Positions 1 to 9,012 of a stretch of DNA of 64,000 bases are shown piece by piece. The notes under the pieces were generated by a model. It searched no databases. It was not told the origin of the DNA and saw only the letters and a list, made by a program, of their open reading frames with translations. Source of the DNA: an uncultured Acidobacteriota bacterium (GTDB lineage Bacteria > Acidobacteriota > Thermoanaerobaculia > Thermoanaerobaculales > Thermoanaerobaculaceae); NCBI GenBank assembly GCA_963727205.1, contig CAVSFQ010000031.1, forward strand, positions 12,080 through 76,079. Direction: 5' to 3'. Position numbers and translations under genes: made by a program. How positions within the stretch are numbered: the stretch's first letter is position 1; each line of letters starts with the position of its first letter.

Positions 1-17
1 ACCGCCTCGGCCTCCTA

Positions 18-272
18 GCATCTGGCCCACTCTCGGCGGCGCGGCTACACGCCCCAAGCTGCGGCGCCTTGCCTGTCGGCGGGGCGTTCGATTTCTCAGC
101 TGTCATCCCCGCGAACGCGGGGATCCAGGCGGCCTTTGTGAGGCGGTGGCTGGGTTCCCGCTTGCGCGGGAACGACGACAGGTGGAGGCTGCGCGGCCTG
201 CGGCCGGCGCAGCCGGCTCGGACCATGGGCCGCGCTTCTTCGATCCACGAGCCACGACCCACGATCCACGGT
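18..272. repeat. Composite dispersed intergenic repeat, copy A (with nested hairpin insert and CCACGNN heptad tract 245-272)
   Basis: Segments 18-83 and 171-232 align to the reverse complement of 1446-1572 (for example GGCCCACTCTCGGCGGCGCGGCTACACGCC and GCGCGGCCTGCGGCCGGCGC.GCCGGCTCGGACCA). Copy A carries an extra 87-nt insert (84-170), bounded by GCGGG on both sides, containing hairpins ATCCCCGCG-AA-CGCGGGGAT and GTTCCCGC-TTGC-GCGGGAAC. Four tandem heptads lie at 245-272. Confidence 0.7.
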
Positions 273-287
273 CTTCGCTGGCGAGCG

Positions 288-1313
288 CTATGAGCGGTCC
301 TTGTGGTTGCCCTCGCGCCGCTCCACCCGTTTGAGGAGGACGTAGCTGACGGTCCCGATCAGGACCATCGCCACCCCGAAGGCGGGGTACGCGAACCGCC
401 AGTTGCCCGGCCCGGTCATCATGCTCCACTCCGACATCCCGCCGATCCCGGCTAGAAGCGACAGCGGCATGAAGATCGTGGTGATCAGGGTGAGCCGGCG
501 GACGCTCTTGTTCGTGCGGTTGGCGACCCGGGCCATCCGGTTGTTGATGAGCGAAAGGTATATCTCCGTGAGGTTGGCCAGGAGGTCCCGATTCATCTCC
601 GTGAACTCGAAGAACTTCGCCAAGTGGTCGTAGATGTCGCGGAAATGGTAGATCGCCTGCTCCGAGACGAACGGCGAGTCCCTGCGGCAGATCTTGACCA
701 GGATCTCGCGCTCGTGGAACAGGCTCTTGCGCAGGGATAACAGGGCGCGGCGCAGCTGGACGAGGCTGTCGAGCCTGAAGCCCGTGACATCCCGGAGGAT
801 CCCCTCCTCGGCCGCCTCGATATCGTCCTCGAGCGGCTCGATCGCCTCCACCTTGCCGTCGACCATGACATCGATGATGACGTGGAGCAGGAAATCCGGC
901 CCCCGTTCCACCGTCTCGATGGCGCGGGCGGCGATCGCCTCGATCTTCTCGAACGTCAGGCGCTCGCCTCCCCCGATGCCGCTGACGCTCACGAGGAAGT
1001 CCTTCCCGAGGAAGAGATCCAACTCCCCGACGGTCAGCTCGCGGTCTTTGTACGAGTACCGGTTGAACAGGATGAAGGTGTGGCCGGGGTAGTCCTCGAC
1101 CTTGGGCACCTGGTTCGAATCGAAACAGTCCTCCACCGCCAGCGGGTGGATACCGAGCCGGCCGGCCACCGCGTCGAGCTCCGGCCGCGCCGGGTCGAAC
1201 ATGTCCGCCCAGATGTAGCCGCCGTTGCCGCGCGCTGCGAGCGCCTCCTCGAGCGATCCGACCCGCCGCATCCCCTTGCCCGCCTCGATGTGAAAATACC
1301 TGCATTCCGACAT
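288..1313 (-). CDS. CorA-family divalent cation transporter (loop motif GMS instead of canonical GMN)
   Basis: 341-aa ORF with a large acidic N-terminal cytoplasmic domain and two C-terminal TM helices (TTIFMPLSLLAGIGGMSEWSMM ... AFGVAMVLIGTVSYVLL), which is the CorA/ZntB architecture. The signature reads GMS rather than GMN. Confidence 0.8.
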   Translation of the reverse strand: MSECRYFHIEAGKGMRRVGSLEEALAARGNGGYIWADMFDPARPELDAVAGRLGIHPLAVEDCFDSNQVPKVEDYPGHTFILFNRYSYKDRELTVGELDLFLGKDFLVSVSGIGGGERLTFEKIEAIAARAIETVERGPDFLLHVIIDVMVDGKVEAIEPLEDDIEAAEEGILRDVTGFRLDSLVQLRRALLSLRKSLFHEREILVKICRRDSPFVSEQAIYHFRDIYDHLAKFFEFTEMNRDLLANLTEIYLSLINNRMARVANRTNKSVRRLTLITTIFMPLSLLAGIGGMSEWSMMTGPGNWRFAYPAFGVAMVLIGTVSYVLLKRVERREGNHKDRS

Positions 1314-1396
1314 TCGAGCCCCCTCGCCACGGGATCCGCCGATCGCGGCCGCCCGTCACCCGCGCTGCGACGATTCTGGCAGATCCGCAGCGAATT

Positions 1397-1572
1397 CGTG
1401 GAACGTGGATCGTGGGTCGTGGATCGTGGATCGTGGGTCGTGGTCCGAGCCGGCCGCGCCGGCCGCAGGCCGCGCGGCCCCGAGCGCCACCCTCGAAGTC
1501 GTCGTTCCCGCCGACAGGCAGGGCCTCCAAGCTTGCGGCGTGTAGCCGCGCCGCCGAGAGTGGGCCGGATGC
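1397..1572. repeat. Composite dispersed intergenic repeat, copy B (inverted relative to copy A; seven CGTGGNN heptads at 1397-1445)
   Basis: The reverse complement of 1446-1572 matches 18-83 plus 171-232 without the 87-nt insert. 1397-1445 is CGTGGAA CGTGGAT CGTGGGT CGTGGAT CGTGGAT CGTGGGT CGTGGTC. Confidence 0.7.
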
Positions 1573-1672
1573 AAGGCGCGCAAGCCGGTCGCACCGGAGG
1601 CGTACCCGGAGGGTACGCTGAGGATGCGAGCCGGCGCGGCGCAACGCAGCAGACGGTCCGCTATCGGCGGCG

Positions 1673-3532
1673 CTACTCCGTGATGCCTTGCATGTTCGCA
1701 AGGCGCGCATACCCCCCGCCTCTGGCCAGCAGCTCGGCATGCGTTCCCTGCTCGACGACGCGCCCCTCCTCCACCACCGCGATCATGTCGGCGTTGCGCA
1801 CCGTGGCGAGCCGGTGGGCGATGATGAGCGCGGTGCGGCCCTTCATCAGGTTCTCGATCGCGCGTTGCACGATCCCCTCGGCGTGGGCGTCGAGCGCCGA
1901 GGTGGCCTCGTCGAGCACGAGGATCGGCGGGTCCTTGTACAGCGCCCGTGCCACCGCGATGCGCTGGCGTTGCCCTCCCGAGAGGCGGGCGCCGGCCTCG
2001 CCGATCACCGTGTCGAAGCCGTCGGGGAACTCCAGGATGAACTCCTCGGCGAATGCCGCGCGCGCACACGCCCGCAGCCGCTCGGGGTCCACCGTTCTCT
2101 GCCCATACGCGATGTTGGCGGCCACCGTGGTGTTGAACAGCACGGTTTCCTGGGTCACGAGGCCGATGCTGCCGCGCAGCGACGCGAGCGTCAGGTCGCG
2201 GATGTCGGCCCCGTCGATCGCGATGCGCCCGCCCTGCACATCCCAGAAGCGCGGCAGCAGTTGCGCCACCGTCGACTTCCCCGCGCCCGAGGCGCCGACG
2301 AGGGCCAGCGCCCTTCCCGCCGGGATCACGAGGTCGAGACCTCGCAGGACGGGTTTGTCCGGCTCGTAGGCGAAGGATACGCGCTCGAAGGTGATCGCCT
2401 CGCGCACGCCGGTGAGCGCGAGCGCGCCGGGCCGGTCGGTGATCTCGACCGGCTCGTCGATGACCGAGAACACCCGCTCCCCGGCCGCTACCGCCCCCTG
2501 GAGGGCCATGTTGACCTTGGTGAGGCGCTTGATCGGCGTGTACAGGGAGTACAACCCGAGGAGGAACGAGGCGAACGCCCCGGTCGTCATCGTCCCCGAA
2601 CTGATGAGCCGATGCGCGTACAGGAGCAGCCCCATGATCCCCGCCGCGCCGATCACCTCGATCACCGGCGCGTTGAGCGCCAGCACCTTGCGCGCCTTGA
2701 GGCTGGCCCTGAAGTGGCGGCGCGTCGTCTCGCGGAAGCGGGCGGCCTCGAACGCCTCCATGCCGAACGCCTGCACGACCCGGTAGCCCTTGAGCACTTC
2801 GTCTACGACCGAGTTCATCTCGCCGAGGCGCTCCTGGCTCTGGTGCGAACGGTGCCGGAGCTTGCGCGCGAAGGTCGCGATCGGCCAGAGGAACACCGGA
2901 GCGCCGATGAGGACCGCGGCCGCGAGTCGGAAGTTGAGCGAGAGCACCAGCGCCACCATCCCGACCACCGTGAACGAGTCCTGGACGAGGTCGGAGAGGC
3001 GGTCGGAGATCACCTCGGTGATGCGCTCGATGTCGTTGGTGATCCGCGACATCAGGACAGCGCTCGGCTGCTTCTGGTGGTAGACGGCCGACTGGGCGAG
3101 CAGCCGATCCATCAGGCGGTCGCGCAGGTCTTTGACCGTCGCGAGTCCGGCGTGGTAGATCGCGTAGTGGCCGAAATAGGTGAAGACGTTCTTGGCCAGC
3201 ACCGAGAGGAACCCGAGCAGCAGAATTGCGATGGCGTCGCTGGGCAGGAACCGCCGCAACGATTCCTTCGCGCCCTCGAACCACGCCTTGAGGTCCTTGG
3301 CGAAACCGAGCTGCTCGACCGCGGCATGCCCGTGAGCACCGGACGCCGCCCCGGACGCGGCGGCCAGCCCCGGGATCGGCACCTGCGCACCGAGGACCGT
3401 GTCGAAGATCGGTCCGATCAGGAACACCATGAACACGGTCGCGAGCGCGACGCCGGCCATCGCGAACGCCGCCGCGACCACCCAGGCGGAGTGGGGCCGC
3501 AGCATCTTCAGGATCCGGCGCAACGCGCTCAT
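1673..3532 (-). CDS. msbA: Lipid A/lipid export ABC transporter, fused permease-ATPase (MsbA-like)
   Basis: Six-TM N-terminal domain, Walker A GASGAGKST, ABC signature LSGGQRQR, Walker B ILVLDEATSALD. Start set at ATG 3532 (MSALRRILKML) because the rest of the 1029-aa ORF overlaps lpxB out of frame. There is a 4-nt overlap with the lpxB stop. Confidence 0.9.
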   Translation of the reverse strand: MSALRRILKMLRPHSAWVVAAAFAMAGVALATVFMVFLIGPIFDTVLGAQVPIPGLAAASGAASGAHGHAAVEQLGFAKDLKAWFEGAKESLRRFLPSDAIAILLLGFLSVLAKNVFTYFGHYAIYHAGLATVKDLRDRLMDRLLAQSAVYHQKQPSAVLMSRITNDIERITEVISDRLSDLVQDSFTVVGMVALVLSLNFRLAAAVLIGAPVFLWPIATFARKLRHRSHQSQERLGEMNSVVDEVLKGYRVVQAFGMEAFEAARFRETTRRHFRASLKARKVLALNAPVIEVIGAAGIMGLLLYAHRLISSGTMTTGAFASFLLGLYSLYTPIKRLTKVNMALQGAVAAGERVFSVIDEPVEITDRPGALALTGVREAITFERVSFAYEPDKPVLRGLDLVIPAGRALALVGASGAGKSTVAQLLPRFWDVQGGRIAIDGADIRDLTLASLRGSIGLVTQETVLFNTTVAANIAYGQRTVDPERLRACARAAFAEEFILEFPDGFDTVIGEAGARLSGGQRQRIAVARALYKDPPILVLDEATSALDAHAEGIVQRAIENLMKGRTALIIAHRLATVRNADMIAVVEEGRVVEQGTHAELLARGGGYARLANMQGITE

Positions 3533-4638
3533 GCCGCCTCCCTTGCCACCGCGAGAACGGCCCTCGCCGCGCGCTCGCTCGCGCCAGGATCCCCGAGGGC
3601 CGCCCGCACCCCGGCGAGCGCCTTGCGTTGCACGTCGCCGGCCTCGCCGAACAGGCGTTTCGTCTCCGCCAGCAGCTGTCCCTCGTTGAAATCGCGCTGC
3701 ACGGCTTCCGCTACGATGCGCTTCCCCGCCACCAGGTTGACCAGCCCCACGTGCGGCACCCGCACGAGACGCTTGGCAAGGGCGTAGGAGAGCATGTGCA
3801 GGCGGTAGCCGACGACCATCGGAACGTCGAGCAGCGCGCACTCCAGCGTAGCCGTGCCCGAGGCCACGATCGCCGCGACACAGCTGGCGAGGGCGCGGTG
3901 GCGATCCTCGGCGACGACCTCGACCCGCACCGGGGCGCCGGCCAGGTGTGCGGCAAGCCTCCCGCGATCGAGGCCCGGCGCCGCGATCAGGCGGACGCGC
4001 AGGTCCTTGACCTCGGGGAGGAGGCCGGCGGCGGTCGCAAGCATCGTCGGCAGCAGCGCCTCGACCTCGTGCCACCGCGACCCAGGCATCAGGGCCAGCG
4101 TCCCCGGCACTCGCGGCGGCATCGCCGCCATCACCGGCGCCAGCTCGTCCACCAGGGGATGGCCGACGTACTCGGCCGCGACTCCATGGGAAGCGTAGAA
4201 CTCCACCTCGAACGGGAGGATGCACAGCACCCGCCGCACGTCGCGACGGATGCGCCGCACCCGGCCGGAACGCCACGCCCAGAGCTGCGGCGAGACGTAG
4301 ACCACCACCGGGACGCCGGCGCGCCTCAGGCGGCGGGCGAGCGGCAGATTGAAGTCGGGCGAGTCCACCAGGACCGCCACATCCGGGCGGCGCACCAGCG
4401 CCGCGCCGCGCACGCGGCGGGCAAGGGCCAGCAGGCGCGGCAGCTCCCGCACGACCTCGGCCAGCCCCATCACCGAGAGCTCCTCGCTGCGGGCGACGCA
4501 CTCGAGGCCCGCCTCGCGCAACCGTTCGCCGCCGACGCCGAACGCCTCGATCCCGGCCTCCTCCCGCTGCAGCGCGCGGAGCAGGTTGGCGGCGTGGAGG
4601 TCGCCGCTGGCCTCGCCGGCCACGATGAGGGTCCTCAC
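3529..4638 (-). CDS. lpxB: Lipid-A-disaccharide synthase (GT19)
   Basis: The N-terminus VRTLIVAGEASGDLHAANLL and the body (PDFNLPLARR, VYYVSPQLWAWR, LPFE, YVGHPL) are typical LpxB. GTG start at 4638 chosen because the upstream ORF extension overlaps the vanZ-like gene. Confidence 0.85.
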   Translation of the reverse strand: MRTLIVAGEASGDLHAANLLRALQREEAGIEAFGVGGERLREAGLECVARSEELSVMGLAEVVRELPRLLALARRVRGAALVRRPDVAVLVDSPDFNLPLARRLRRAGVPVVVYVSPQLWAWRSGRVRRIRRDVRRVLCILPFEVEFYASHGVAAEYVGHPLVDELAPVMAAMPPRVPGTLALMPGSRWHEVEALLPTMLATAAGLLPEVKDLRVRLIAAPGLDRGRLAAHLAGAPVRVEVVAEDRHRALASCVAAIVASGTATLECALLDVPMVVGYRLHMLSYALAKRLVRVPHVGLVNLVAGKRIVAEAVQRDFNEGQLLAETKRLFGEAGDVQRKALAGVRAALGDPGASERAARAVLAVAREAA

Positions 4639-4988
4639 CGGAGTTGTCTCCACGCCAGCAGGAGCGCGGCGCCGAGCGCCGCCCCGGCGGCGTCCGCCAG
4701 CACGTCGCCGACCTCGGCGGTGCGCGACGGCGTGTAGCGCTGCAGCACTTCGAGCAGCGCACCGTGGCTGACCGCGTACCCCCAACCGATCAGCGGCGCG
4801 GGCGCCAGCCCCATCTCCGCCGCGGCGGCGCCGGCCGAGACCGCGAGCACGCAGTACGAACCGGCGTGGAGGAGCTTGTCGGGGAGATCCCTGACCAACT
4901 CGGGGTTCTGCGGCCGGGTGCCGAGGTCAAGGTAGGCGGCGGAGAGGACCACGGTCGTGACCAGGGAGAGGATTCGCGGGGCGTGCAT
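4635..4988 (-). CDS. VanZ-like small membrane protein
   Basis: 117 aa with 3-4 hydrophobic helices; KLLHAGSY and GDVLADAAGAALG resemble the VanZ family. Confidence 0.55.
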   Translation of the reverse strand: MHAPRILSLVTTVVLSAAYLDLGTRPQNPELVRDLPDKLLHAGSYCVLAVSAGAAAAEMGLAPAPLIGWGYAVSHGALLEVLQRYTPSRTAEVGDVLADAAGAALGAALLLAWRQLR

Positions 4989-5010
4989 CGCGCACCCGTC
5001 AGGCCTTGCC

Positions 5011-5187
5011 TCAGCTGCGCGGGAACGGGTACATCAGCCACCCGAGCACGATCGCCCCGAGCACCAGCGCCCCGAACACCTTCCAAAAGTACACAATGCG
5101 CTCCCGCTTCTCGCGCTTCCACAGGAAGGAGAAGAACACGGCGATCAGGAACGCGTCCAGCACCATCAAGGTGAGGTGGTCGACCAT
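5011..5187 (-). CDS. Small (58 aa) two-helix membrane protein, hypothetical
   Basis: Read by hand as MVDHLTLMVLDAFLIAVFFSFLWKREKRERIVYFWKVFGALVLGAIVLGWLMYPFPRS. The ATG overlaps the upstream stop (ATGA). It is below the length cut-off of the ORF track. Confidence 0.35.
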   Translation of the reverse strand: MVDHLTLMVLDAFLIAVFFSFLWKREKRERIVYFWKVFGALVLGAIVLGWLMYPFPRS

Positions 5188-5585
5188 CACCAGTCCTTCT
5201 TGCCGGTGCCGATGTCATGGACGTCGAGGACGAGCAGCAGGTTCATCATCCCGGCGGTGAGCAGGAAGGTGTTGCCGAACTCGTACGCGGGCGATGTCAC
5301 GACACCCTGTCCCAGGCCGACGGCGCGAGCAACGAAGAAGAGCACGCCGTTTCCGACGCTCGCGATCGCCGCGAGATAGGAGAGCGGATCGCCGGCGTGC
5401 GGCAGGATCAGCTCGCCGTCGAGCGTGATCCCGAGGAGGAACGCGATCACGACCACGGCGAAGAACACGACGGCGCGCGACCGGCGCCCCACCAGCATGT
5501 GCCCGAGGCCGGGCACGAGCCAGGCGAGGACCATGAGCACCGGGAGCGGGAAAGCCGCCGCGCCGCCGTCGCGCCGCTCAGGCAT
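5187..5585 (-). CDS. Hypothetical integral membrane protein
   Basis: 132 aa with four hydrophobic segments (WLVPGLGHMLVGRRSRAVVFFAVVVIAF ...). Codon usage is consistent with neighbouring genes and it overlaps the HIT gene stop by 8 nt. Confidence 0.6.
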   Translation of the reverse strand: MPERRDGGAAAFPLPVLMVLAWLVPGLGHMLVGRRSRAVVFFAVVVIAFLLGITLDGELILPHAGDPLSYLAAIASVGNGVLFFVARAVGLGQGVVTSPAYEFGNTFLLTAGMMNLLLVLDVHDIGTGKKDW

Positions 5586-6063
5586 CGGGGGTCCCGAGCG
5601 CCCGCCGCAGCTTGGCGCAGGTCTCGCCGAGATCCTCGGGAACGACCCGGACGTCGGCGTTGACGGTGATGAAGCTGGTGTCCCCGCGCCAGCGCGGCAC
5701 GACGTGGAGGTGCAGGTGGTCGGCGATCCCGGCGCCCGCGACCTCCCCCAGGTTGAACCCGATGTTGAAGCCGTGCGGGTGGTACGTCGCCTCGATCGCC
5801 CGCACGACGCGCTGGGCGAGCCGCATGAGATCCGCGAGCGTGGCCGCGTCGAGCTCGGAGAACCCGCTGACGTGCGCGAGCGGCGCCACCATGGTGTGCC
5901 CGGAGGTGTACGGGTACCGGTTCAGCAGCGCGAACGCCCGCCCATCCGCGGCGAGAGTCAGCGTCTCGACGCCGCCGTGGGCGGCTTCGCACAGAACGCA
6001 CGCTTCGGTCGGGTCGGTGTGGGACACGTAGGCAAACCGCCACGGGGCGAAGAGGTGTTGCAA
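5578..6063 (-). CDS. HIT-family nucleotide hydrolase/transferase
   Basis: Histidine-triad motif HLHLHVVPR plus NRYPYTSGHTMV. The start is uncertain: TTG at 6063 avoids overlap with the ihfB-like gene, while the ORF extends to 6141. Confidence 0.8.
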   Translation of the reverse strand: MQHLFAPWRFAYVSHTDPTEACVLCEAAHGGVETLTLAADGRAFALLNRYPYTSGHTMVAPLAHVSGFSELDAATLADLMRLAQRVVRAIEATYHPHGFNIGFNLGEVAGAGIADHLHLHVVPRWRGDTSFITVNADVRVVPEDLGETCAKLRRALGTPDA

Positions 6064-6070
6064 CCGCCCC

Positions 6071-6349
6071 TCACTTACCGCCGAGGATCTCGCGGAGCTG
6101 CTTGCCGGGCTTGAAGTACGGCACGACCTTGGGCGGGACATGGACCTGGGCGCCGGTGCGTGGGTTGCGCCCGGCGCGCGCCTGGCGCTTGCGGGTCCGG
6201 AACGAACCGAAGCCCCGGAGCTCGACCTTCTCGCCGTCGCGGATCGCTTCGACGACGCCGTTGAGCACCACGCCGAGCACCTCCGCCGCCTCCCGGCGCG
6301 TCAACCCAACTTGATCCGCGAGTACCTTGATAATGTCGGCCTTTGTCAT
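6071..6349 (-). CDS. ihfB: Integration host factor / HU-family DNA-binding protein (IHF beta-like)
   Basis: 92 aa. MTK...RGFGSFRTRKRQARAGRNPRTGAQVHVPPKVVPYFKPGKQLRE matches the IHF/HU arm motif, and the position directly downstream of rpsA is as in E. coli. Confidence 0.8.
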   Translation of the reverse strand: MTKADIIKVLADQVGLTRREAAEVLGVVLNGVVEAIRDGEKVELRGFGSFRTRKRQARAGRNPRTGAQVHVPPKVVPYFKPGKQLREILGGK

Positions 6350-6384
6350 TCTCGAATCCTCCTCCGCTTGCGGGGCGACGGCGC

Positions 6385-8205
6385 TCAGCTCTCGTGCGGC
6401 TCCTCTGTGTCGGGTGCTTCGGGTGCGGCCTCGCCCGCGGCGGGCGCCTCCTCGGCCGGTGCGGCGGATCCGGCCGTTTGGGCTTCCGCCTGGTCCACCT
6501 GCTCAGGCACTTGCTCGAGGGCGATCTCCTCCGCCTCCTGCTCGACCACCGGAGCCTTCTCGCCCGCCTCGGGCTGCGGGATGCCGCGCAGCGAGAGGCC
6601 GATCCGTTTCTCGTTCCAGTCGATCCGGATCAGGCGCGTGCGGACGCGTTGCCCACGTTCGAACGTCCCGACGAGCGGCTGGGTGCCGCGGCGCTCCACC
6701 TCGGAGATGTGGCACAGGCCTTCGACCCCAGGGGCAAGCTCGACGAACAGGCCGAAGTCCGTCACGTTGGTGACGAATCCTTCGACCTCGTCCCCGACCT
6801 GGTGGGCGGTCGCGAACTCGTCCCACTCGTTCGGCATCAACTCCTTGATGGAAAGCGAGATGCGCTGGTTGGGGATGTCCATGGCGATGATCATCGCCTC
6901 GATCTCCTGCCCCTTTTGCACCACCTCGGAGGGGTGCGTCAGGCGGCGGGTCCAGGCCATGTCCGACACGTGGACGAGGCCGTCCACGCCTGGCTCCAGC
7001 TCGACGAACGCGCCGAATTCCGTGAGGTTGCGCACCACGCCCTTGACCTTGCTCCCGACGCGGACCCGCGTGGCGAACTCCTCCCACGGGTTGGGCTCCG
7101 CCTGGCGCAGCGACAGCGACAGCCTGCGCTTGTCGATGTCCACCTCGGTGATGACGACCTCGACCTCTTGGCCCGAGTGGAGAAGGCTCTTGGGGTTCTT
7201 GACCTTTTTGGTCCACGACATCTCGGAAACGTGGATGAGGCCCTCGACCCCCTCCTCCAGTTCGACGAACGCGCCGTAGTCCACGACGTTCGTGACCTTG
7301 CCCGTGACCTTCTTGCCGACCGGATAGCGGCCCTCGACGTGCGTCCAGGGATCCTCGAACCGTTGCCGGTAGCCGAGGGAGACGCGCTCCTTGTCCTTGT
7401 CGATGCGCAGCACCACGACCTTGACCTCGTCGCCGACCTTGAAGTACTCGCTGGGATGGCCCACGCGGCCCCAGGAGATATCGGTCACGTGGAGGAGGCC
7501 GTCGATGCCGCCCAGGTCGATGAACACGCCGTAGTCGGTGATGTTCTTGACCGTGCCGGTGACGATCGTGCCCTCCTCGAGGTGCGTCAGCGTCTCGTCC
7601 TTGAGGGTCGAGATCTGCGCCTCGAGCATGACCTTGCGCGAGAGCACGACGTTGGCGCGGCGGCGGTCGAAGTTGATGATCTTGGCCTCGACCTCCTCGC
7701 CGACATAGTCCTCGAGGCGCCGCGTCGGCCGCAGGTCCACGAGGGAGCCGGGGAGGAACGCGCGCACGCCGATGTCGACCGCAAGGCCGCCCTTGACCCG
7801 CTCGACCACCTTGCCGCGCACCGGAGAGCTGTCGCGGTACGCCGTCTCCAGCACCTCCCACACCCGCATCTTCGCCGCGCGCTCGCGGGAGAGCCTGATC
7901 TCACCGAGCATCTCGTCGAAGCGCTCGACCAGGACGTCCACTTCGTCCCCGGCTTTGACCGTCAGTTTGCCGTCTCGGTCGGTGAACTCGGAGCGGGGGA
8001 TGATCCCCTCGGACTTGAACCCGATGTCCACGACGACGTCGTTGTCGTTGAACGCGACGATGGTGCCGCGCACGACATCGCCCTCGCGCAGATGCTGGAA
8101 GGATTCCTCGACGAGCTCGCGCATCTGGTTGCGGGTGACGGGGCTCTTGTTCTCCTCCTTTCCGGCAGGGGTGTTGTGCTGATTGTTGTCCGGGCTGTCA
8201 ACCAC
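6385..8205 (-). CDS. rpsA: 30S ribosomal protein S1
   Basis: 606 aa with six tandem S1/OB-fold repeats (G.V..V...G.FV.L..G..GL.H.SE motif repeated) and an acidic C-terminal tail. Confidence 0.95.
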   Translation of the reverse strand: MVDSPDNNQHNTPAGKEENKSPVTRNQMRELVEESFQHLREGDVVRGTIVAFNDNDVVVDIGFKSEGIIPRSEFTDRDGKLTVKAGDEVDVLVERFDEMLGEIRLSRERAAKMRVWEVLETAYRDSSPVRGKVVERVKGGLAVDIGVRAFLPGSLVDLRPTRRLEDYVGEEVEAKIINFDRRRANVVLSRKVMLEAQISTLKDETLTHLEEGTIVTGTVKNITDYGVFIDLGGIDGLLHVTDISWGRVGHPSEYFKVGDEVKVVVLRIDKDKERVSLGYRQRFEDPWTHVEGRYPVGKKVTGKVTNVVDYGAFVELEEGVEGLIHVSEMSWTKKVKNPKSLLHSGQEVEVVITEVDIDKRRLSLSLRQAEPNPWEEFATRVRVGSKVKGVVRNLTEFGAFVELEPGVDGLVHVSDMAWTRRLTHPSEVVQKGQEIEAMIIAMDIPNQRISLSIKELMPNEWDEFATAHQVGDEVEGFVTNVTDFGLFVELAPGVEGLCHISEVERRGTQPLVGTFERGQRVRTRLIRIDWNEKRIGLSLRGIPQPEAGEKAPVVEQEAEEIALEQVPEQVDQAEAQTAGSAAPAEEAPAAGEAAPEAPDTEEPHES

Positions 8206-8263
8206 TTGGCCTCCTCGAGATGCCCCGGGCGGGACATCTAACTGCTTGTTTTACAAACGGCAA

Positions 8264-8293
8264 ACTATACGAGCCACACGCTTGAGGTGTCAA
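8264..8293 (-). promoter_or_regulatory. Putative sigma70-type promoter for rpsA
   Basis: The minus strand reads TTGACA (8293-8288), an 18-nt spacer, then TATAGT (8269-8264), about 60 nt upstream of the rpsA start. It overlaps the cmk stop. Confidence 0.5.
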
Positions 8294-8976
8294 GGGGTTG
8301 GGGGCAGCAGGGCGACGACGGCGTCCACCACCTCCGCCAACGAAAGCCGGCTGCTGTCCACGATCACCGCCCCGTCCGCCGGCTTCAAGGGCGAGTCCGG
8401 CCGCGTCGAGTCGCGCAGGTCGCGCTCCCGCTGCTCGGCGGCAACGCTCTCCCATCGCGCCGCGACGCCGCGCCCGGTAAGCTCCTCGAACCGCCGCTGC
8501 GCGCGCACATCGGGGGCGGCGGTCAGGAAGACCTTGAGGGTGGCGTCGGGGAACACCACGGTGCCGATGTCGCGGCCCTCGACGACTCCGCCAGCGCGCG
8601 CCGCCAGCTCGCGCTGGCGCCGCACCATCTCGCGCCGGACCTCGGGGATCGCGGAGACGACGGAAGCCATGCGGGAGACCTCCGGGGCGCGCAGCTCCCC
8701 GGTCACGTCCTCCCCTCCCACCGCGACCCGCTGGTTGCGGGGATCCCCCAGGAACCTCACCTCGAGGCGGCGGGCCAACTCGACCACCGCCTCCCGTCCG
8801 GCGGCGTCCAGTTCCGGGCCGAGTCCGGCTCGGGCCGCCAGCAGCGCGACGGCTCGGTACATGGCGCCGGTGTCCAGGTACGGCAACCCGAGCCGCACCG
8901 CCACCTCGCGTGCCGTCGCGGACTTGCCGGCGCCCGCCGGGCCGTCGATCGCGATGAGAATGGGGCGCTGCGCCAC
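8290..8976 (-). CDS. cmk: Cytidylate kinase
   Basis: P-loop IAIDGPAGAGKSATA, YLDTGAMYR, EGRDIGTVVFPDA; cmk-rpsA-ihfB synteny. Confidence 0.95.
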   Translation of the reverse strand: MAQRPILIAIDGPAGAGKSATAREVAVRLGLPYLDTGAMYRAVALLAARAGLGPELDAAGREAVVELARRLEVRFLGDPRNQRVAVGGEDVTGELRAPEVSRMASVVSAIPEVRREMVRRQRELAARAGGVVEGRDIGTVVFPDATLKVFLTAAPDVRAQRRFEELTGRGVAARWESVAAEQRERDLRDSTRPDSPLKPADGAVIVDSSRLSLAEVVDAVVALLPPTP

Positions 8977-9012
8977 GCCGAGAGTCTAGCAGCGCGTTGT
9001 ACACTCCGCCGC

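Noticed and set aside
1397-1445. CRISPR array, considering the heptad tracts and the 130-bp direct repeats around degT.
   Set aside because: The units are 7 nt with no spacers, or only two long imperfect copies about 1.7 kb apart. No cas genes are present, and there are no 25-40-nt repeat/spacer alternations anywhere in the window.
103-2369. Overlapping ORFs 103-1740 (-), 882-2369 (+) and 1356-3284 (-).
   Set aside because: They are low-complexity Arg/Gly/Pro translations that cross repeats and overlap the CorA and MsbA reading frames. The pseudo-peptides DPRSTIHDPR and VIPANAGIQ come from translating repeat DNA.
3529-4785. N-terminal 49-aa extension of the LpxB ORF (start at 4785), and the 1029-aa version of MsbA.
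   Set aside because: The extensions are Arg/Ala-rich and overlap the vanZ-like gene and lpxB respectively. Conserved N-termini begin at 4638 (VRTLIVAGEASGD) and 3532 (MSALRRILK).
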